From Planctomycetota bacterium (GTDB lineage Bacteria > Planctomycetota > B15-G4): 64,000 bases of DNA. The DNA is taken from contig CBDFJQ010000002.1 in assembly GCA_965248575.1 (NCBI GenBank), forward strand, positions 704,001 through 768,000, in the 5' to 3' direction. Under the pieces are notes generated by a model that was not told where the DNA came from, did no database searches, and worked only from the letters and a program-made list of their open reading frames with translations. Below are positions 1 to 8,356 of the stretch, piece after piece (the stretch's first letter is position 1; the number at the start of each line of letters is the position of its first letter). The position numbers and the translations under genes were made by a program.

Positions 1-44
1 CCGGATTAGAAATCCGGTGCTCTATCCACCTGAGCTACGGGAAC
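1..44 (-). tRNA. tRNA-Arg (anticodon TCT), 5' part only; runs off the left edge of the window
   Basis: Reverse complement reads GTTCCCG-TA-GCTC-AGGTGGATA-GAGC-A-CCGGA-TTTCTAA-TCCGG: acceptor 5' strand, D-arm and a perfect anticodon arm with TCT. Confidence 0.93.
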
Positions 45-140
45 ATCGAGGGTCATGGAACCCTTCGGGAGGGCTTGAAGCAATGTCTTGCCGTAACGGG
101 TGGGCTCCGAGCAGCATCGAGGGGCCAGCTGCGCCGATCC

Positions 141-1259
141 ATGCCCGGAGGTTCTGCCGTGATCCCGCCCCTCGCCCGTTCGACCCCTGCACCCTTCCTC
201 CTGAGGCAACGACGTGCGCTCGGGGTCGTGTGGGCCGCTGCGCCGCGCGCGCTGGCAGCCCTGCTCGCAGCCCTGCTCCTGCCCCAGCTGGCCAGCGCTG
301 GCGGTGCGGGTGGGGGTCTGAGCGTGCAGGGCCTGATTGACGCGGCCGACCCGGGCGATGTCATCGAGCTGGACGCCGGGATCTATGCGGGCGATGTCGA
401 TTTCGGCGGCAAGGCTGTCACGGTTCGCGGCAGCGGCCCGCACACGATCCTGCAAGGGACCGGCAACGGCCCGGTGGTGCGCTTCGAAAACGGCGAGACC
501 AGTGACAGCATCCTGGATTCCCTGACCATCACGGGGGGCGTGGCCAGCGCGGGCGGCGGCGTCTTCATCGACGGTGCGAGCCCGATCATCGTGCGCTGCA
601 CCATCACCGGCAACCAGGCCAGTTCGAGCGGCAGCGGCATCCAGGTCTCAGGCGGTGGTGCGCCGCTCATCTACAACAACGTCGTCAGCTACAACACGCG
701 CAGCGGAGGGGGCGACCCCCATGGCATCCAAGTCTCGGGTTCCGCGCCGAGCATCGTCAACAACACCATCGTGCGCGGGGACAGCAACGGCATCCTCGTC
801 GGCGGTGGCTCGGCGGCGCTGATCCAGAACAACATCATCGCCTGGAACGGCGCCAAGGTCGGCAAGACCACGCGCGGCCGTGGCATCTGCGACTTCAGCG
901 GCGGGGCGGCGAGCCTGTTCAACAATGTGTTTCATCGCAACCGCGTGGCCGCACTCCTGCGCGGTGGCAAGGATTGGAAGAAACTGAAGTCCTTCCAGAA
1001 GCAGAACCCCGGTGACCAGAAGGTGCAAGGCAATCTGGATGGCATGCCCGGCTTCCTTCGTTCGCCGCCCAAGTCTGGTGCGGCCGTGAACTGCCTGGAT
1101 CTCTCCGTCTGCAACAAGCGGCCCGGGCGGGCGGTGAATGCAGGGCAGGAGGATCCAGCGGGCAACAACCTGGACGGCAGCCGCAACACGGTGGGTCACG
1201 GTGGCGGTCCATTCGCGTTTGGTTCCCGGCAGTTGCCGGGGGTCATCGAAACGTCGTGA
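141..1259 (+). CDS. Secreted right-handed parallel beta-helix (pectin-lyase-like) protein
   Basis: Hydrophobic signal-like segment, then SVQGLIDAADPGDVIELDAGIY, repeated IxNNxIxxN beta-helix turns and a C-terminal NAG...DGSRNTVGHGG. Start uncertain (TTG 75 or ATG 141). Confidence 0.75.
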   Translation: MPGGSAVIPPLARSTPAPFLLRQRRALGVVWAAAPRALAALLAALLLPQLASAGGAGGGLSVQGLIDAADPGDVIELDAGIYAGDVDFGGKAVTVRGSGPHTILQGTGNGPVVRFENGETSDSILDSLTITGGVASAGGGVFIDGASPIIVRCTITGNQASSSGSGIQVSGGGAPLIYNNVVSYNTRSGGGDPHGIQVSGSAPSIVNNTIVRGDSNGILVGGGSAALIQNNIIAWNGAKVGKTTRGRGICDFSGGAASLFNNVFHRNRVAALLRGGKDWKKLKSFQKQNPGDQKVQGNLDGMPGFLRSPPKSGAAVNCLDLSVCNKRPGRAVNAGQEDPAGNNLDGSRNTVGHGGGPFAFGSRQLPGVIETS

Positions 1260-1315
1260 GGCCGGCGCCATCGTGCGATGGGTCAGGGTGTCTGTGAGCC
1301 TTGAGTCTGCGTTGA

Positions 1316-3466
1316 CTAGCTGCTGCTGATAGGCGGCTTGGGAGGAGCCGGGCGTGCCAGCCAGCCGGCCCACATGGGCCCGCGCCAGAGCGCGCGGTTC
1401 CAGCGCTCACGCTGGACTTCGAGACGTCGCCGCAGCTTCAGGTAACGCTCCCAGTTCTCGTCAGACTCTCCGTCCTGTTCGTCTTGCGTGAGGTCGAGGT
1501 ACTGCTCGAGCATGCCGTGCGTTTCTTCGGAGTCACGATTCAGCATGAGCATGCTGGACACGGCGTCGAGCAACAGTCGCGGGTCGGCTTCCACGAGGGT
1601 GGGGTCCTTCACGAGCCGGCGCTGCAGCGTCCAGGCCTCTTCGTAGCGACGGGCCGTGGCGTACGCACGAGCCAGGGTGACCGTGGCCGCGTAGGAGCTC
1701 TCCCCCTCGGGCCGCAGGGCCACCTCCTTGAGCAGCGGGATGGCGTGCGGAACCCGGTTCAACTGCATCAGCAGGCTGCCCAGGTTGTAGAGCTGGAAGG
1801 GCGCGCCTGGAAAGCGCTCATGGCCCAGCCGCTGCCAGTCGGCTGCGGTGCGCAGGTCGCCGCGTGCCCACGCGAACTCGGTGCCCTGGATGGTCGCCTC
1901 CAAGGAGTAGGGGAAGCGCTTGTCGGCCGTTGCCAGGAGCGCGTCGGATTCTGCCCAGCGCTCGGCAGCCGCCTGCTCGTTGCCACGGGATGCCTCGGAG
2001 CGAGCGCTGTCGGCAACGCGTGCGGCGCGGCTGCGCCCCAGGGCGAAGTCGTGGAAGGCGTACCAGGTGGGTGTCGCGATGGCGAGCAGCGTTGCGGCCA
2101 CCAGCAGCGAGACGTGCGAGGCCGCGGCTGACGGGACGGCGTCGCGGCTGACACAGCCAGCCCGGGTCGCCACGGCGAGCAGCATCGTGATCAGGCTGCC
2201 TGCTTCGATCCAGTGCAGCGGTGTCTCGAGAAAGCAGTAGACAAAGGCGGCTGCGAGGGCGGCTACCGAGGCGTGGAACGGGCCCCGGCGGGCGTTGTCA
2301 TTCGAGAGGGCGCTGGCGCCCTTGCGAACGGCGTGGAAGACGTGGCGCAGCAGGAAGCCGAAGCCTACGAGGCCGATCAAACCGGACTGACCGAATACCT
2401 GCAGGAATTGATTGTGGGCATGGGGCACGAGGCGCGCCGCCGTCTGGTAGGGCAGGATGCCGGTGGCGAAGCAGCCCAACCCCACACCGGTCAGCAGATG
2501 GTCCGAGACCATGGCCAGCGTGGCGCGCCAGATGTCGAAGCGTTCGAAGTTGTTCTCGGCATACTTCGGGTTGAGCAGCAGGCTCAAGCGCTCCAGCGCG
2601 TTGCCCAGCGTGTCGTCAGGGACGAGACCCGCGACGCTGGCCAGGACATAGAGCAGGGCCACTCCGCTGAGGCCCAAGGCCGCGCGCAAGCACACGCGCA
2701 GCAAACGACTGGCGAGGCCGCGCCCGTCGGCTGCGCGAACCCGCAGGATGGCGCTCACGAGCAGGGCGACGGCCACTGCGATGTAGGCACCCCGTGACCC
2801 GATGGCTGTGAGATAGACAGCGATGGGGATCAGCGACACCACGATGCCGCAGCGCCAGGCTGTGGAGAGCTCCCGCTCGAGCACCATGACCACACCGCCC
2901 ACGAACACCATCACCAGGTATTGGGCGGCCAGGTAGCTGTGCGGGAAGAGATCTGTGGAGAGGTAACCGGAGCGGGCGAATTCGGAGACATCCGCCTCGA
3001 GAAAGCGGCCGTAGGCCTGCAGCCCCAGGAAGCTGATGATCAGGCCACCCAGGAGCACCACGGCGTAGAAGGACAAGACCAGGCTGCGGGTCCGCAGCGT
3101 CTTCACCGCCAGGACGTAGGTCAGGGCGAAACACGTGAGGTTGCCCAACTCGACCTGGGACATGCCGGGGTTGATGGCCAGCACGGCCGAGGGCAAGGCG
3201 CAGGCCAGGAACGCCAGGAAGGCGATGTCGGTGGGCGTCCCCAGGGCCGGGCTGGGGCGGCGGGAGAGGGCACCCAGCCACAGGAAGAGGCCGCCGCAGC
3301 TAGCGAGGGCCGCAAAAATGAGGTGCTTGTTGAGGGGGAACTCGCGCGAAACGGGAATCAGCGGCATCACGAAGGCCAGGCCGAGCAAGCAGAGCGTGGC
3401 GCCCCTCTGGGCGAGGCCGGGGGGCTGGCTGGGGGGCTGGCTGGAGGCGTCGCTGGGCGGGTTCAT
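1316..3466 (-). CDS. O-antigen ligase family (Wzy_C) membrane protein with C-terminal TPR-like region
   Basis: About 12 TM segments, GSRGAYIA, R..IW...L.M.....LTGVGLGCF and HAHNQFLQ motifs, then a helical TPR-like tail. Start ATG 3466 preferred over 3490. Confidence 0.82.
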   Translation of the reverse strand: MNPPSDASSQPPSQPPGLAQRGATLCLLGLAFVMPLIPVSREFPLNKHLIFAALASCGGLFLWLGALSRRPSPALGTPTDIAFLAFLACALPSAVLAINPGMSQVELGNLTCFALTYVLAVKTLRTRSLVLSFYAVVLLGGLIISFLGLQAYGRFLEADVSEFARSGYLSTDLFPHSYLAAQYLVMVFVGGVVMVLERELSTAWRCGIVVSLIPIAVYLTAIGSRGAYIAVAVALLVSAILRVRAADGRGLASRLLRVCLRAALGLSGVALLYVLASVAGLVPDDTLGNALERLSLLLNPKYAENNFERFDIWRATLAMVSDHLLTGVGLGCFATGILPYQTAARLVPHAHNQFLQVFGQSGLIGLVGFGFLLRHVFHAVRKGASALSNDNARRGPFHASVAALAAAFVYCFLETPLHWIEAGSLITMLLAVATRAGCVSRDAVPSAAASHVSLLVAATLLAIATPTWYAFHDFALGRSRAARVADSARSEASRGNEQAAAERWAESDALLATADKRFPYSLEATIQGTEFAWARGDLRTAADWQRLGHERFPGAPFQLYNLGSLLMQLNRVPHAIPLLKEVALRPEGESSYAATVTLARAYATARRYEEAWTLQRRLVKDPTLVEADPRLLLDAVSSMLMLNRDSEETHGMLEQYLDLTQDEQDGESDENWERYLKLRRRLEVQRERWNRALWRGPMWAGWLARPAPPKPPISSS

Positions 3467-3491
3467 GAGCGAGGGTGTTGTACCGTACAAT
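3462..3491 (+). promoter_or_regulatory. Putative sigma70 promoter for purD-fur
   Basis: TTCATG-N18-TACAAT about 78 nt upstream of the purD GTG, in the divergent intergenic region. Confidence 0.4.
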
Positions 3492-3568
3492 GCCGCGTCG
3501 ACCGCAGGAGGACGAAGGCTGTGCCCTTCGCACGAGGCCCTGCGGAGCCGCGTCGTCTGGAGGGTTCT

Positions 3569-4885
3569 GTGAACGTCCTGGTGGTGGGTTCAGGTGGTCG
3601 GGAGCATGCTTTTGTCGATGCCCTGGCACGCAGTCACGGCATTGGTCGCATTTTGGTCGCTCCGGGCAACGGGGGCATGGCCCGCCAGGCGGAGTGCGTA
3701 CCGGTGGAGGCCTCGGACAAGGCCGGCCTGCTGAAGCTCGCGAAGGCCCAGGATGTGGGCCTCGTGATCGTGGGCCCCGAGGGTCCGCTGGTGGATGGCC
3801 TTGTGGATGTTTTGGAGGCCGAGGGTATTCCGGCCCTGGGCCCGAGTAAGGCGGCCGCGCAGCTGGAGGGCAGCAAGGCCTTCTGCAAGGACCTCTGCCG
3901 CAAGGCGCGCATCCCCACGGCCGCGTACAAGACCTTCAACTCGGCCGCAGAGGCCCTGAGCTACTGCGAGGGGCACGACCGCTGGCCGTCGGTCATCAAG
4001 GCCGATGGGCTCGCCGCCGGCAAGGGCGTCATCATCGTTCACGACAGCGTCATGGCCATCAGCGCCGTGCGCGACATGATGCTCAACAAGCACTTCGGTG
4101 ATGCGGGCGAGCGCATCGTCATCGAAGACTTCCTGGAGGGCGAAGAGCTGTCGATGATCGCCCTGGTGGACGGGGAGACGGTGGCGGTGCTGGAGCCCTC
4201 TCGTGACCACAAGGCCGCCTTCGATGGGGACAAGGGGCCGAACACCGGAGGCATGGGGGCGTTCAGCCCGACCAAACTCCTGACGCCCCGCAACTACGAG
4301 CAGATCGAGGAGCGCGTGTTGCTCCCCACGGTGCACGCCCTGGCCAAGGCGGGGACGCCCTTCAAGGGCATCCTCTACGCCGGGCTGATGATCACCGACG
4401 ATGGGCCCTCAGTGCTGGAATTCAATGTGCGCGGCGGGGACCCCGAGATGGAGGTCCTGCTGCCCCGGCTGGAAACGGATGCCTTGCAGCTTTTCTACGC
4501 GGCGGCGACGGGCACCCTGGACCAGATCGGTGACGTGCGCTGGAAGCCGCAGCACGCGTGCGGGGTGGTGCTGGCCGACGGCGGCTACCCCGGGCCCGTC
4601 ACCAAAGGGCTGTTCATCAGTGGCACGGAGGAAGCCGACAGCCTCGAGGACGTGTCCGTGTTCCACGCCGGCACCAAGCTCAACGACGGCAAACTGGAGA
4701 CCAATGGTGGGCGTGTGCTCTGCGTGACCGGTTTGGGTGACACCCTCCGTGCCGCCCGCGACAAGGCCTATGAGGGTGTGTCCAAGATCAGCTTCTCCGG
4801 TATGCGCTATCGCACGGACATCGGCTGGCGCGAGCTGGGTGCGTCGGCTCCGCAGGAAGCGTCGAGCGAGGCAGGTGCCCCGTGA
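3569..4885 (+). CDS. purD: Phosphoribosylamine--glycine ligase
   Basis: VLVVGSGGREHA, IVGPE, LEGSK, IKADGLAAGKGV, GPNTGGMGAFSP, GGRVL and YRTDIG motifs. Start at GTG 3569 after GGAGGG; the ORF track over-extends it to 2921. Confidence 0.97.
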   Translation: MNVLVVGSGGREHAFVDALARSHGIGRILVAPGNGGMARQAECVPVEASDKAGLLKLAKAQDVGLVIVGPEGPLVDGLVDVLEAEGIPALGPSKAAAQLEGSKAFCKDLCRKARIPTAAYKTFNSAAEALSYCEGHDRWPSVIKADGLAAGKGVIIVHDSVMAISAVRDMMLNKHFGDAGERIVIEDFLEGEELSMIALVDGETVAVLEPSRDHKAAFDGDKGPNTGGMGAFSPTKLLTPRNYEQIEERVLLPTVHALAKAGTPFKGILYAGLMITDDGPSVLEFNVRGGDPEMEVLLPRLETDALQLFYAAATGTLDQIGDVRWKPQHACGVVLADGGYPGPVTKGLFISGTEEADSLEDVSVFHAGTKLNDGKLETNGGRVLCVTGLGDTLRAARDKAYEGVSKISFSGMRYRTDIGWRELGASAPQEASSEAGAP

Positions 4886-5358
4886 AAGACGTCGCCAAGC
4901 ACTTCGAGACCTTCCTGCGGGAACGGGACTTGCGCCTGACCAAGCAGCGCGAGGCGGTGCTCGAAGCCATCTACGCGACGCACAAGCACGTGTCGGCCGA
5001 CGAACTCTACGACCGCTTGGCGCGCGACGAGAAGGCACGGGCGCTGCGCATCAGTCGTGCCACCGTGTACCGCACCCTGTCTCTGCTCACTGAAGGTGGC
5101 TTCATCCAAGCGCTCGATATCGGGCGCGAGCGGGGCACGCTCTATGAGCATGTGCTGGGCCACGGCCACCACGACCACATGGTCTGCACCACCTGCGAGA
5201 ACATCATCGAGTTCCACGATGACGAGCTCGAGACCGTCCAGGCTCGGGCGGTGGAGCGGCACGGCTTCGTCGCCAGCTCCCACCGGCTGAATGTGTTCGG
5301 CACCTGCCGTGTCTGCGCCCAGAAGGAAGCGGCGGCAGGCGAAGCGGCGGCTGGCTGA
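4882..5358 (+). CDS. fur: Fur family transcriptional regulator
   Basis: LRLTKQR, ISRATVYRTL, HHDHMVCTTC and C-terminal CRVC; sits directly upstream of feoAB. Confidence 0.92.
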   Translation: MKDVAKHFETFLRERDLRLTKQREAVLEAIYATHKHVSADELYDRLARDEKARALRISRATVYRTLSLLTEGGFIQALDIGRERGTLYEHVLGHGHHDHMVCTTCENIIEFHDDELETVQARAVERHGFVASSHRLNVFGTCRVCAQKEAAAGEAAAG

Positions 5359-5373
5359 GGGCCACCCCAGCTT

Positions 5374-5409
5374 GCCGACCCGGCCCAGCCGACCCGGCCC
5401 AGCCGACCC
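5374..5409. repeat. 14-bp tandem repeat (GCCGACCCGGCCCA x2.6) in the fur-feoA spacer
   Basis: Read directly from the sequence. Confidence 0.85.
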
Positions 5410-5428
5410 TGGTCACACAAGATGCCGC

Positions 5429-5456
5429 TGTGCTAGCTTACTGAGATCGTGTCTCA
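5429..5456 (+). promoter_or_regulatory. Putative extended -10 promoter plus Fur-box-like palindrome overlapping the feoA start
   Basis: TGTG-C-TAGCTT (5429-5439) followed by TGAGA-TCGTG-TCTCA (5442-5456), a 15-bp dyad resembling the 7-1-7 Fur box. Confidence 0.55.
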
Positions 5457-5691
5457 TCAATCACTCTCTGACCTCCAGCCCGGAACCACGGCCGTTTTGC
5501 GCGCCGTAGGAGGGTCTCGCTCCTTCCGGCGCCGGCTGCTGGAGCTTGGCTTCGTGCCCGGCACGCGGCTGACCATGGTGCGCCGACTCGAGGTCGGCGA
5601 TGTGATGGAAGTGGAGCTTCGGGAGAGCCGCGTCTCGCTGCGTATCTCGGAAGCAGATGTGCTGCTGATGGAATCGGAGGCGGGCCGGTGA
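5449..5691 (+). CDS. feoA: Ferrous iron transport protein A
   Basis: 80 aa, RRRLLELGFVPGT SH3-like FeoA motif; overlaps the feoB start. Confidence 0.92.
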   Translation: MSHQSLSDLQPGTTAVLRAVGGSRSFRRRLLELGFVPGTRLTMVRRLEVGDVMEVELRESRVSLRISEADVLLMESEAGR

Positions 5692-7910
5692 GTCGCGCTG
5701 TCGTCGCCATTGCGGGCAACCCCAACAGTGGCAAGACCACGCTCTTCAATGCGCTGACGGGCGCCAACGCGAAGGTCGGTAACTACCCGGGCATCACGGT
5801 GGAGCGGCGTGAGGCCAGCCTCTCCCTGCCGGACGGGCGCGACGCGCTGCTGCTGGACATCCCGGGCACCTACAGCCTGTCGGCCCGCACTGCAGAAGAA
5901 CAGATCGCCATCTCGGCCATCGCGGGCCTCAATCGCTTTGAAGACCCCGACGCCGTGATCGTCGTGCTCGACGGCACCCAGCTGGCCCGCAACCTCTACC
6001 TCGCGCTGCAGGTCCTGGAGCTGCGACTGAAGGTCGTGGTGGCCCTGAACATGTGCGACGTGCTGAAGCGCACCGGTGTCGAGGTGGATTGCGAGGCGCT
6101 CTCCACGGCCTTGGGTGTGCCCGTGGTGCCGATCTCTGCCTCCAAGGGCGAGGGCATCGCCGAGCTCAAGCAGGCAGTGGCTTCGGCCTTGTCGGCCGAC
6201 GCTTCGCTCGTGAGCCGCGCCGTCGTGCAGCGCGTGAACGGCGCGGTGGGCGCTGCCGTGGAAGCAGTCATGCCTGCCATACCGGAGGGTTGGAGCCGCG
6301 GCGACGCTGATCGCCGCGCGGCCCTGGCCACCTGGGCCCTGCTGTCTATCGACGACGACGATGAACTCTGGGAGGTGCCCGACGACCTGCGTGAAGCGGT
6401 GTTGGCTCAGCGTCGCCTGGCGGACGCGGCGGAGATCGACATCGATCTCGAGGTGGTGGCGGAGCGCTATCGTTGGATCGACGAGGTGTCCTCACGGGTT
6501 GTCGGAGACGTACCGGGGGCCCTGCGCCGCTTGACCGATGCCATCGATCGGGTGCTCATCCATCCGTTCGTGGGCTTCGGACTCTTTCTGTTGATCATGG
6601 CGATGGTCTTCGAGGCTCTCTTCACGTGGAGTTCGCCGCTGATCGATTCCGTGGACGGTGCCGTGGGGGCCTTCGGCTCTTCGTTGGGTGCGTTGTTGCC
6701 CGAAGGCCTGATCCGGGATTTCGTGATCGACGGATTGGTGGCTGGGGTCGGCGCGGTGCTCGTCTTCCTGCCACAGATCCTGCTGCTGTTCCTGTTCATC
6801 AGCTTGATGGAAGACAGCGGCTACATGGCTCGGGCCGCCTTCTTGATGGACCGCATCATGAAGGCCATCGGCCTGACGGGCCGCGCCTTCGTGCCCATGC
6901 TCTCGGGTTTCGCCTGCGCGATTCCGGCCATCATGGCCACGCGCACCATGGAGCGCCGCCGGGATCGCATGCTGACCATGATGGTCGTGCCGATCATGAC
7001 CTGCTCCGCACGGCTGCCGGTCTACACGCTGATCATTGCCGCGCTGTATCCAGCGCCCGAGGAGAGCGGGGGCACCGTGCTCGGCTTCTTCTCGCTCCAA
7101 GCGCTGCTGATGGTGGCCATGTACGTCTTCAGCACGGTGTTGGCGCTGGTGGCTGCGGCGGTCTTGGGGCGGACCCTGTTCCGGGGTGCGTCGTCTCCGC
7201 TGCTGCTGGAGCTGCCACCCTATCGTTGGCCCGGGCCGCGTTCCGTGCTGCGACAGATGTGGGAGCGCAGTCGCCTGTTCGTCAGCGAAGCCGGGACCGT
7301 GATCCTGACGTGCACGGTGCTGCTGTGGGTCTTGTTGACCTTCCCCCGGGAGCCGGAACTCTCGAAGGACTATGAAGCTGCTGCGCAACAGCTGCACGCC
7401 ACAGCTGCCGCAGAAGCTGCACCGGAAGGCGAATCGTGGCTGGGCGAACAGCTGGCGGCCCTGCAGTCCGAGCAGTCGTCGGAACGCCTGCAGTTGTCTT
7501 GGGGTGGTCGCCTGGGGCACGCCTTGGAACCGGTCATCGCGCCGCTCGGGTTCGACTGGAAGATCGGCGTGGGCCTGATCGGCGCCTTTGCAGCACGCGA
7601 GGTCTTTGTGAGCACCATGGGTGTCGTCTACGGCATGGGTGACGACGTGGACGCCGAGGCACAGCCGCTGCGCGCTCGCTTGCAGAGCGAGCGCTGGCCC
7701 GACGGCCGCCGCGTCTACACGCCCCTCGTCGGCCTCTCGTTGATGGTGTTCTTCGCCCTCGCAGCCCAGTGCATGAGCACCCTGGCCGTGGTGAAGCGAG
7801 AGACCCGCAGCTACCGCTGGCCCCTGTTCATGTTCAGCTACATGACGGGCCTGGCATGGGTCGCCTCCTTCGCGGTCTACCAAGGCGGCCGGTTGTTGGG
7901 CTACGGCTAG
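5688..7910 (+). CDS. feoB: Ferrous iron transport protein B
   Basis: GNPNSGKTT, NYPGITVE, DIPGTYSL, EDSGYMARAAF, CSARLPVY and ELPPY motifs. Confidence 0.97.
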   Translation: MSRAVVAIAGNPNSGKTTLFNALTGANAKVGNYPGITVERREASLSLPDGRDALLLDIPGTYSLSARTAEEQIAISAIAGLNRFEDPDAVIVVLDGTQLARNLYLALQVLELRLKVVVALNMCDVLKRTGVEVDCEALSTALGVPVVPISASKGEGIAELKQAVASALSADASLVSRAVVQRVNGAVGAAVEAVMPAIPEGWSRGDADRRAALATWALLSIDDDDELWEVPDDLREAVLAQRRLADAAEIDIDLEVVAERYRWIDEVSSRVVGDVPGALRRLTDAIDRVLIHPFVGFGLFLLIMAMVFEALFTWSSPLIDSVDGAVGAFGSSLGALLPEGLIRDFVIDGLVAGVGAVLVFLPQILLLFLFISLMEDSGYMARAAFLMDRIMKAIGLTGRAFVPMLSGFACAIPAIMATRTMERRRDRMLTMMVVPIMTCSARLPVYTLIIAALYPAPEESGGTVLGFFSLQALLMVAMYVFSTVLALVAAAVLGRTLFRGASSPLLLELPPYRWPGPRSVLRQMWERSRLFVSEAGTVILTCTVLLWVLLTFPREPELSKDYEAAAQQLHATAAAEAAPEGESWLGEQLAALQSEQSSERLQLSWGGRLGHALEPVIAPLGFDWKIGVGLIGAFAAREVFVSTMGVVYGMGDDVDAEAQPLRARLQSERWPDGRRVYTPLVGLSLMVFFALAAQCMSTLAVVKRETRSYRWPLFMFSYMTGLAWVASFAVYQGGRLLGYG

Positions 7911-7930
7911 GCTGGGGACGGTGAGCTGGC

Positions 7931-8051
7931 GGGCCGGGGGCGGGTGTTTTTTGGGCAGAGGATCTGCTGCTCAGACAACGAGGCGAACAGACGCCTCGAG
8001 AACTCGCTTCAGATCCTCTGCCCAAAAAACACCCACACCCCTCCTCGGTGG
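7931..8051 (+). repeat. Structured intergenic repeat, copy A
   Basis: Perfect 25-bp inverted repeat (7942-7966 / 8010-8034) enclosing a 43-nt core with inner hairpin CGAGGCG-AACAGA-CGCCTCG; flanked by GGGCCG and TCCTCGGTGG. Homologous to 8237-8326 and 51361-51478. Confidence 0.9.
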
Positions 8052-8236
8052 AAACGTGCTCCAGGCTCGCCGGGCAAGGTTCGAGGGGCTTCGCGCGACT
8101 TCACGCTTGGGGGGGGCGGTTGGACGAGGGCCATGGCCGTCCACTTGGGCCTGTCCGCCTACGACCAAGTGTCAGACCCCACGCTTCACTCCCTCGTGAA
8201 CGAGCAGACAGTTCGCCGAGAGTTGTTTGCGAGTCT

Positions 8237-8326
8237 CCACCGAGCAGGGGGGCTGGGACTTCGAGGCGTCTGTTCGCCTCGTTGTCTGAGCAGCAGATCC
8301 GCGTCGAAGCCCCAGCCCCCCGGCCC
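8237..8326 (-). repeat. Structured intergenic repeat, copy B (internally deleted)
   Basis: 8261-8300 is the exact 40-nt reverse complement of 7960-7999. It has the same GGGCCG and T(G)CTCGGTGG ends and its own outer stem. Confidence 0.88.
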
Positions 8327-8356
8327 GCAACCCCAAAGCCTCCCATCCCCCGAACC

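Noticed and set aside
2921..3568. N-terminal extension of PurD in the ORF track
   Set aside because: Overlaps the opposite-strand Wzy_C gene; PurD homology and an SD begin at GTG 3569.
7942..8034. Simple rho-independent terminator after feoB
   Set aside because: The T-run is inside the 5' arm, the loop is 43 nt, and the core recurs elsewhere with different arms; treated as a repeat family instead.
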